Virus record (IMG/VR): IMGVR_UViG_3300025411_000009
Direction: 5' to 3' (one strand)
DNA length: 62,896 nt
Origin: an uncultured virus (IMG/VR IMGVR_UViG_3300025411_000009)
Lineage: Duplodnaviria > Heunggongvirae > Uroviricota > Caudoviricetes
Shown here: positions 56,000 through 62,896 of the stretch, in pieces
How the letters are laid out: every line of letters begins with the position of its first letter
Numbering within the stretch: the first letter of the stretch is position 1
Program-made: the position numbers and the translations under genes
Notes under the pieces: generated by a model
Database searches by the model: none
Told to the model about the DNA's origin: nothing
Seen by the model: the letters and a program-made list of their open reading frames with translations, nothing else

Positions 56000-56557
56000 T
56001 TAATCCTCATTACAATTCTCTATATATTTAATTGAAAAATCACTATTAGGTAATAATTTTTCATTAGTTAATTTAAATACTTCAGCTGATAATAATCCAG
56101 TATCTATACATACTTTTAAAGCACTTGGATTTTTTAATATTCTCTGCAGAGTTTCAACTTCTATTCTACCGTGAGATATAATTTGTGCTTGTGCTCTACG
56201 CACCAATCTAGTTTGTAATTCAAGATAAAAGTTTATTTCATACATCTCATCATCTGTTTTACCAGGTATACGAGTTTTTTCTGCTTCTTTAGCTAGATAA
56301 GATTCAAATTCTGTTAAAAATTCTATTTCGTTTTCACAATCTTTAATCAGTTCATCTTGGTGTTCTTTGTCAATAAGATATTTTTTATATTCAAAAGAAT
56401 TTTTGTCTTTAAGAAGCATTTCTTCTTTATTGAGATTAGCTAATGCTAAAGACCTTTTTCTATCGTTCAGCATATTACGAATGACTCGTAGCTTTTCCCA
56501 AATTGTTTCACCATCTATCTCGTAGATGTATTGTGCGTTATGATTCACTCTTGACAT
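56000..56557 (-). CDS. Hypothetical helical protein
   Basis: 185-aa ORF with AAGGA RBS in the fibre region. Confidence 0.55.
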   Translation of the reverse strand: MSRVNHNAQYIYEIDGETIWEKLRVIRNMLNDRKRSLALANLNKEEMLLKDKNSFEYKKYLIDKEHQDELIKDCENEIEFLTEFESYLAKEAEKTRIPGKTDDEMYEINFYLELQTRLVRRAQAQIISHGRIEVETLQRILKNPSALKVCIDTGLLSAEVFKLTNEKLLPNSDFSIKYIENCNED

Positions 56558-56566
56558 ATAATATCC

Positions 56567-57514
56567 TTATGGAACTCCTGCTCCGGCTACACGCCATCTT
56601 GCTGTTCCAATAGATGCTTCTGAACCTACTAAAGCTCCACATTTATTAATTTTAGTTGATAAATTGGTGTATGGGGTATTATTCTCGCCAGCATAAAATA
56701 TTCCATAACATCCTACTGCAGCTCCGCCTGGACCATTCCTACCCGTCCCAACTGCACCTTCAGAACCTACTAAAGCTCCACATTTATTAATACGAGTAAC
56801 TGTATTTTTTTCGCACAATCCAGCATAAAACATTGCATTACATCCTACTGCAGCTCCAGCAAAACATGCCCTAGCTGTGCCAGCTGTAGTTTCTGAACCT
56901 ACTAAAGCTCCACATTTATTAATACGAGAAAGTGAATTATAAGGACCACCTGTATTCACTCCACCATAAAACATGCCATTACATCCTACTGCAGCTCCAG
57001 CATGAAGATATTTAACTGTTGCACCAGTTACTGAAGCTTCACCTACCAAAGCTCCACATCTATTAATACGAGTAGCTAGATTATAAATAGTTGCACCGTT
57101 CGTTGTTCCACCGAAATACATGCCATTACATCCTACTGCAGCTCCAGCAAGAAATCCTCTAGCCGTCCCAACTGCACCTTCAGAACCTACTAAAGCTCCA
57201 CATTTATTAATACGAGTAACTTTATTATTTGGGTTACCTATAGAACCACAATTACAAAGAACACCACCATAATACACACCGTTACATCCTATTCTTGCCC
57301 CAGCTGAGCCAGAGTTATTATGGCTAGTTCCAGCTGAAGTTTCAGAACCTATTTGAGCGTTACATTTATTAATACGAGTAACTTTAATGCATGTACCACA
57401 GTATGAATTAACGCCGCCAAAAAACAAACCAATGGTGTTCAATTTAGCACCTATGCCTATGGTCCATCCATAATTTTTTAATGCAGCTGATCCTCTAGTT
57501 ATAATCGTTGGCAT
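56567..57514 (-). CDS. Cys-rich kelch-like repeat protein (probable 6-blade beta-propeller virion protein)
   Basis: Six ~45-aa repeats GAAVGC.G.F.GG...RINKCGALVGSE. Confidence 0.7.
   Translation of the reverse strand: MPTIITRGSAALKNYGWTIGIGAKLNTIGLFFGGVNSYCGTCIKVTRINKCNAQIGSETSAGTSHNNSGSAGARIGCNGVYYGGVLCNCGSIGNPNNKVTRINKCGALVGSEGAVGTARGFLAGAAVGCNGMYFGGTTNGATIYNLATRINRCGALVGEASVTGATVKYLHAGAAVGCNGMFYGGVNTGGPYNSLSRINKCGALVGSETTAGTARACFAGAAVGCNAMFYAGLCEKNTVTRINKCGALVGSEGAVGTGRNGPGGAAVGCYGIFYAGENNTPYTNLSTKINKCGALVGSEASIGTARWRVAGAGVP
56620..57382. repeat. Intragenic direct repeats, including an identical 59-bp pair (56743..56801 and 57163..57221)
   Basis: Recurrent gaacctactaaagctccacatttattaatacgag and catcctactgcagctcc. 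Confidence 0.85.
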
Positions 57515-57520
57515 GATATA

Positions 57521-58327
57521 TTAGAATTTTGTTTGTGATGCTAATACGGTATATGTAGGTGTTGCCGTTAATTTAATTATTGTAAATGTATATACATCAA
57601 CACCTGAAGGATTACCAGCTGTTGGTGTAGTACCGCCTTGCCAATAAGTTGTAACGCCAGTTGTTGTTCCATCAACTTGAACAACATTAACATAAAAAGC
57701 GGTTGTTCCTTGTGTCATTAGCAAAGCTATACTAATTGATTGACCTGGTAATAATATAGAATTAATAGTTGCTGTTGGAGAATATGTTAAATTGACGGTT
57801 GAAGTGGCTGTAGCATTTGTTGTATGGTAGATAACTGCACCATTAGCAATATAGTAAGGTTGTGTTGTTGCAGCTGCAGTTGCTATAACATTAACGGATT
57901 CTATAACATTTTGTAAATTAGCAGCTACTTGTGTTTGTGTACCAAAAAAACTTGCTGTATTTTGAACATTTAAAACACCTGAAGTAATTACATTTGAAGT
58001 AATTGTGTTTGCTGTTATAACATTTGCACTAATATTGTTTGCATTAAAAACAGGAGTTATTCCTCCTGTAACAATAAGACTTTGAGCCGTTATAGTTCCT
58101 TGAACAGTAATTGTATTTGAAGTGACTGTATTTGAAGTAATTACATTTGTTGTTACTGTGTTTGACGTAACTGTATTTGAAGTAATTACATTTGTTGTTA
58201 CTGTGTTTGACGTAACTGTATTTGAAGTAATTACATTTGTTGTTACGGATGTATTAGCCACAACAACATTAGCAACTACATTATTGTTAGCTACAAGTCC
58301 GTAAGCGCCTGTTAATCTTAATGACAT
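57521..58327 (-). CDS. Virion structural protein with Thr/Asn/Val pentapeptide repeats
   Basis: VITSNTVTSNTVTTN repeats (45-bp tandem unit, about 58107..58246); C-terminal WQGGTTPT..DVYTF domain. Confidence 0.7.
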   Translation of the reverse strand: MSLRLTGAYGLVANNNVVANVVVANTSVTTNVITSNTVTSNTVTTNVITSNTVTSNTVTTNVITSNTVTSNTITVQGTITAQSLIVTGGITPVFNANNISANVITANTITSNVITSGVLNVQNTASFFGTQTQVAANLQNVIESVNVIATAAATTQPYYIANGAVIYHTTNATATSTVNLTYSPTATINSILLPGQSISIALLMTQGTTAFYVNVVQVDGTTTGVTTYWQGGTTPTAGNPSGVDVYTFTIIKLTATPTYTVLASQTKF

Positions 58328-58328
58328 A

Positions 58329-59168
58329 TTAAGTGACTGATGATTTAATTAAAGCAAACTGAATAATAGGTGCTTCTGCTACTGTTGTTGTAAATATTGG
58401 TCTTACGGTAATTTGAGCAGAACCTGCAGCTGTATTAGCAGCAAGAGCATAAGCACCAATAGTGCCACCAGAAAAATGGTTAAGTAACAACATATCGTTA
58501 GCACCAATATTTGAATTTGTTAATGTAAATGATGTAGCCACGTTTGTAGTACCTGTAGTAGAGAATAATGTAATCTGACCAGTTAATGTATTGAGTGTTA
58601 CACCAGATGTTCTAGAAGTATTTTGAACTATTGAACCACCAGCAGCAATACCTGTTGGATATCCTATACCACCTGATGTTGAATATAATGTTCCTGTATA
58701 TACGTTACCTTTGATACCTGCACCACCAGAAACCACTAAAGCACCAGTTGTATTTGATGTGGAAGAAAAATTATTTTGAATTAATACACCAGATTGACCT
58801 CCAAATAAAACAATATTGTTACCACCAGCATCATTGTAAATAACTGAACGAACATCTAAACCACCAGCCGTAATAAATTGATTACTTATTTGTAAATAAT
58901 TACCAGTAAAAAATACGCCATTGTAAATAGCATCTCTTTGGAAATAATTATCTGTCCAACCTAATCTATAACTTACTGATGCTGTTGTGGTATAGAAGTT
59001 GTTAGCAGATGACATAAACAAGTTGCCGGTGATACCCATACCACCAGTAACAACAAGCGAACCTGTCGTATTAGACGTAGAAGTGAAAGGTGTGACATAG
59101 CCAACATTCAATGAACTCTGAACATTTGCGGTACCGTATATTGTAGTATTAGATTGTAGACGTGCCAT
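58329..59168 (-). CDS. Virion fibre protein
   Basis: TSNTTG.LVV.GG modules; shares a 106-bp near-identical segment with the last ORF; AATAAATA late box at 59192..59199. Confidence 0.7.
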   Translation of the reverse strand: MARLQSNTTIYGTANVQSSLNVGYVTPFTSTSNTTGSLVVTGGMGITGNLFMSSANNFYTTTASVSYRLGWTDNYFQRDAIYNGVFFTGNYLQISNQFITAGGLDVRSVIYNDAGGNNIVLFGGQSGVLIQNNFSSTSNTTGALVVSGGAGIKGNVYTGTLYSTSGGIGYPTGIAAGGSIVQNTSRTSGVTLNTLTGQITLFSTTGTTNVATSFTLTNSNIGANDMLLLNHFSGGTIGAYALAANTAAGSAQITVRPIFTTTVAEAPIIQFALIKSSVT

Positions 59169-59197
59169 ATTTTTCTCTCAATGTTATCTTGTATTTA

Positions 59198-61795
59198 TTA
59201 AGCGGTATAAGAACCTGTTCCTACTGTTGTAAATGTAATTAATGTATTTGCGCCTGATGCAGTAACAGTTGGTGAACCTGTAACAAGTCCTGTATATCTT
59301 GAAGTAGGTACAGAAATGATAACAACACCCGAACCACCTGTTCCACCATTTAATGATACACCAGTTGAACCACCAAAACCACCTCCACCACCACCTGTAT
59401 TATTTGTTCCATTTATTGTTGAGTTTTGAACAAATCCTGCTTGGCCGCCACCACCTAGTCCTCCACCACTAAATGTTCCGCCACCACCACCTGCTAGATA
59501 ATATGTTGAAACACTTAATTGTCCTACTGTTGAACCTACAATTGGATTAGGTAAGCCTACACCGCCGGCACTTCCAGATGTAGCACTAGACCCTGCAGCT
59601 CCAGCACCTCCGCCACCTCCAGCATTTGTGCTACCATCTCCAATACCACCAGAGTTACCAAAACCGCCATTTGTGCTTGTTGGTTGTGTTGCAGCTCCAG
59701 GAGTTGAACGACCTCCAGCACCACCACCTGAACCACCAGCATAACCTACGGCTGTGTAAGAACCACCTCCACCACCACCTAAAGCAATTAATGAAAGTGT
59801 AGATGTTTGCGTTACTGTTGCAGTTAAAGATATGATGACACTTTGTGGATTTCCTGATAATGGTGTAGTCGATGGCGCTGTATAAGCACCAGCTGATATA
59901 CCTGATATGTCCCACACATAAGCTGAAGGTGAAGTTGCATCAATATCGGATGCTCTTAATGTATATCCTGTAGGGGTTGAAAAAGTATCACTTGCTACTA
60001 ACACAGCACTTGAATAATAATAAACCCAACTATTTGGATTTGTAACTGTGATAGATCCAGGAGTTGATGGATTTCCAGATAATCCATAAGCACCAATTTG
60101 GTCTATTTGAGCATTTGCATAAGCAACAACAATTGCATCTGCCGTTACACTACTTGAGTAAGTTACTGTATAACTTGCAGGTTCTGAAGATGCTATACGC
60201 CAATATGTATAACGCTGAGTACCAGATGCAGCTAAATTCCATCCTGACGGTGTAGTTGCGATACCACTACCATTAAATGATAAGGACATAATCATTAGTT
60301 GTCCGTTGGTTACTGAAGGAATTGTAACTGTTATGGTTGTTGATACTGAATTTTGAACTGATACCGCTGATGAAACGAAAGAAATTCCTGGTGAAATAGT
60401 TGTAACTATAGATGAATTTGATCCGTTTGAACCAGATGAACCACCACCAGCACCTGCACCGCCACCACCAACAGTAACAGTATATGTTTGACCTGAAATT
60501 AATCCTACGTTTGCTGATAAGAGTCCGCCTGCACCACCGCCACCACCGTTAGCTTGACCATTTATCCAACCTGCACCACCTCCACCACCAGCAACAACAG
60601 CAACAGATGCTGAATATACAACAGTTGGCACCTGATTAATATCAGATACTTCATCAAATAAATCGGAAACTAAAATAGATTTAACACCTGTGCTTGTATT
60701 AGCAATTCTCATAGGAGTTATAGAATATTGGTTGGTCACTTCATCAAAATAACCAGAATAGAAAGCAGTTTGTTGTATACTTACATTAGATTGAGTGACT
60801 TCATCAAACTGATAATTTGTGTTTGCTATTACAAGAGTGCCTTTATTGTATAATCTTGCTCCTGGAATTGCAGTATTATAGGTAAACACAATGATGCCTT
60901 GTGCACCAGGACCGCCACCAGCACCAGATCCACCTCCACCACCGCCATATAAACCACCTGTAACTCCATTACCGCTTGCTGTAATAGTTGCACCACCTCC
61001 ACCACCAGAACCACCAGTTGTAACACTATCTGATAATGTTGTTCCATTCCATAATTGTGTTGAGGTCCAATAACTACCAGCAGCACCAACACCACCAAAT
61101 CCTAAAGTTCCAAATGCGCCGCCACCACCCCCGCCAGTGCCTGCTGTTCCAGCTGTGCCATTCACTCCACTTACAGTTGAACCAGCTCCACCACCGGTGC
61201 CACCGCCACCATTACCTCCAGTAGCACCTGCACTTGCTGAAGCTGAAGTTGCATTTCCACCTGAATTAGTTAGAGAAGCTCCTCCACCGCCACCTCCACG
61301 TCCTGTAGATGTTGTGTTTCCTATAGATCCATTCCCACCAATACCTCCTGGTCCTGCAGCACCTCCACCTCCTGCAGCGCCACTTGGAGCAGCGGAAGTG
61401 ACTGTGCCACCAGAATATGTTGTAGTTCCTACAGAAGATGCAGATGCACCACCAGCTCCTGAAGATGTACCAGAAGCTGCACCTCCACCTTTAGCTAAAA
61501 CTCCTGTGCTTGATAATGTCGGTGCGGCATTTGATGTATTAAACCAAGTATCACCTCCTGCAGCTCCTGTTGTTGTAGTTGCTCCTGCTCCTACAGTATA
61601 ATAAGTAGTTAATCCAGCATATAAACCTGTTATAGAAGTTGATTTTGCGTATGCGGCTCCTCCGCCTGCACCTCCTAAATTACTCCCACTACCGCCACCG
61701 CCAATAGCTTCGACGGATACCAGTGAACCAAAATCAGATGGTATTGTAAATGTTCCTGCGCCTGTAGTTGTGATGAATACGACTTTTGTCGCCAT
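59198..61795 (-). CDS. Glycine-rich tail fibre/adhesin-like protein
   Basis: Multiple GGGGG tracts with GAQGIIV and GGSGVVII module ends. Confidence 0.75.
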   Translation of the reverse strand: MATKVVFITTTGAGTFTIPSDFGSLVSVEAIGGGGSGSNLGGAGGGAAYAKSTSITGLYAGLTTYYTVGAGATTTTGAAGGDTWFNTSNAAPTLSSTGVLAKGGGAASGTSSGAGGASASSVGTTTYSGGTVTSAAPSGAAGGGGAAGPGGIGGNGSIGNTTSTGRGGGGGGASLTNSGGNATSASASAGATGGNGGGGTGGGAGSTVSGVNGTAGTAGTGGGGGGAFGTLGFGGVGAAGSYWTSTQLWNGTTLSDSVTTGGSGGGGGATITASGNGVTGGLYGGGGGGSGAGGGPGAQGIIVFTYNTAIPGARLYNKGTLVIANTNYQFDEVTQSNVSIQQTAFYSGYFDEVTNQYSITPMRIANTSTGVKSILVSDLFDEVSDINQVPTVVYSASVAVVAGGGGGAGWINGQANGGGGGAGGLLSANVGLISGQTYTVTVGGGGAGAGGGSSGSNGSNSSIVTTISPGISFVSSAVSVQNSVSTTITVTIPSVTNGQLMIMSLSFNGSGIATTPSGWNLAASGTQRYTYWRIASSEPASYTVTYSSSVTADAIVVAYANAQIDQIGAYGLSGNPSTPGSITVTNPNSWVYYYSSAVLVASDTFSTPTGYTLRASDIDATSPSAYVWDISGISAGAYTAPSTTPLSGNPQSVIISLTATVTQTSTLSLIALGGGGGGSYTAVGYAGGSGGGAGGRSTPGAATQPTSTNGGFGNSGGIGDGSTNAGGGGGAGAAGSSATSGSAGGVGLPNPIVGSTVGQLSVSTYYLAGGGGGTFSGGGLGGGGQAGFVQNSTINGTNNTGGGGGGFGGSTGVSLNGGTGGSGVVIISVPTSRYTGLVTGSPTVTASGANTLITFTTVGTGSYTA

Positions 61796-61801
61796 AATAT
61801 A

Positions 61802-62896
61802 TTACCTAAAGAAGAAGTCGATAGATTGAGCGGTTACGTTATAAGAAATAGTAGCACCCGTACCACCTTGTGAGTTTGCTAGTGTGACGTTTGCCGTTGT
61901 GATTAGATTGTTACTTGAATAGATGTTACCTACAGCACCTATACCTCCACTTACTACAAGAGCTCCTGTTGTATTTGATGTGGAAGAAAAATTATTTTGA
62001 ATCAATACACCTGAAGTTCCACTAATAACAACTACGTTATTGCCGGTATCATTATTAATAGGACCTCTAAAAGTTGCGAAGATACCTGCTTGTGTATAAA
62101 ATTGGCCTGAAGTAATAGAAAGAAAATTTCCATTAAAATTCATGCCGTTAAAAACAAAATCTCTCATAAAATAATTATCTGTCCAACCTAATCTATAACT
62201 TGCTGATGCTGTTGTGGTATAGAAGTTGTTAGCGGCTGACATAAACAAGTTGCCGGTGATACCCATACCACCAGAAATAACTAAAGCTCCAGTTGTGTTT
62301 GATGTGGAAACTGTTGTGTTAGGCACATACAAATACGAAGCAGTATTGATTGTTACAACAGGACCAAGATTAGCAACTGCATTATTTGCTTTTAAGAAAG
62401 CCGCATTTGCTTGAGCAAATATAGATGCCATATTAGCATTAGCAGTATTCAGTAATGAAAATATTAAGGTAGAATTAGCATTTGCTGTATTAAGACCACC
62501 TTGGAGATATATGGTATTAGCATTAGCAGTATTGAGACCTCCCTGTAAGTAAACAGTATTAGCACCAGCGGAATTTGCCTGCGTGAATGCACCAATAATA
62601 TTAGCATTTTGTGTTAGATTAACACCAGTAAGATATACAGTATTGGCTACTGAAGAACCTGCCGTTGTTTGTATTGTTCCATCTACAAATGTAACACCAT
62701 TACCTGCACCAACAATAACATGATTGCCTGTGTATACATTACCTTGAATACCTGCACCACCAACTACTTGTAAAGCACCACTTCCTGTTGATGTTGCTGA
62801 TGTTGTATTAGAAACAACAAGAGTATCTGTGGTATTAACAAAAGCATTATTGATAAATGTGTTTTCAATAATAGTGTTACCTACTACTGTTAATGC
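61802..62896 (-). CDS. Virion fibre protein; 5' end lies beyond the window
   Basis: The frame stays open upstream of the track's ATG 62431 (YLQGGLNTANAN repeats, VTFVDGTIQTTA); paralogous to 50552..52408. Confidence 0.7.
   Translation of the reverse strand, partial: ALTVVGNTIIENTFINNAFVNTTDTLVVSNTTSATSTGSGALQVVGGAGIQGNVYTGNHVIVGAGNGVTFVDGTIQTTAGSSVANTVYLTGVNLTQNANIIGAFTQANSAGANTVYLQGGLNTANANTIYLQGGLNTANANSTLIFSLLNTANANMASIFAQANAAFLKANNAVANLGPVVTINTASYLYVPNTTVSTSNTTGALVISGGMGITGNLFMSAANNFYTTTASASYRLGWTDNYFMRDFVFNGMNFNGNFLSITSGQFYTQAGIFATFRGPINNDTGNNVVVISGTSGVLIQNNFSSTSNTTGALVVSGGIGAVGNIYSSNNLITTANVTLANSQGGTGATISYNVTAQSIDFFFR

Noticed and set aside
56620..57382. Regularly spaced ~30-60 bp repeats resembling a CRISPR array
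   Set aside because: The repeats are in-frame parts of a protein repeat, the intervening sequences are related to each other, and no cas genes are present
61137..61601. Pro-rich plus-strand ORF
   Set aside because: Antisense shadow of the Gly codons in 59198..61795
58942..62274. Possible DGR template/variable repeat pair (all 3 mismatches are A in one copy on the plus strand)
   Set aside because: Only three differences in an AT-rich genome; they are T on the coding strand; both copies lie mid-gene; no reverse transcriptase in the window
1..62896. Stop-codon reassignment
   Set aside because: Core genes translate full-length in the standard code and no suppressor-anticodon tRNA was seen

Overview
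A 63-kb segment of an AT-rich T4-like myophage genome with cyanophage/pelagiphage-type gene order. Almost everything is on the minus strand: the replication core (gp41, UvsX, gp43, RegA, gp62/44/45, gp46/47, gp55, UvsW/Y), the head, tail and packaging core (gp3, gp23-gp13) and a tail-fibre region. Accessory genes include glycosyltransferases, peptide deformylase, a SpeD-like decarboxylase, Hsp20, 2OG-Fe(II) oxygenases and tRNA-Trp. Four things stand out. (1) The only plus-strand block (12.3-19.1 kb) is a cassette behind a T4 late promoter: two holin-like peptides, a lipase, CsgF, CsgG, a curlin, a FecR-domain protein with a curlin-like tail, a lipoprotein and an intact CHASE2 adenylate cyclase. 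(2) A 23-aa PqqA precursor peptide, missing from the ORF track, has its own promoter, RBS and terminator and points to a Methylophilaceae-type methylotroph host. (3) A 68-nt non-canonical tRNA-Gly-like RNA has its own promoter and features of non-ribosomal tRNA-Gly. (4) Two DUF4338 (Mom-like GNAT) paralogues may form, with that RNA, a tRNA-dependent DNA hypermodification system (hypothesis). All calls come from motif recognition by eye; no searches were run.
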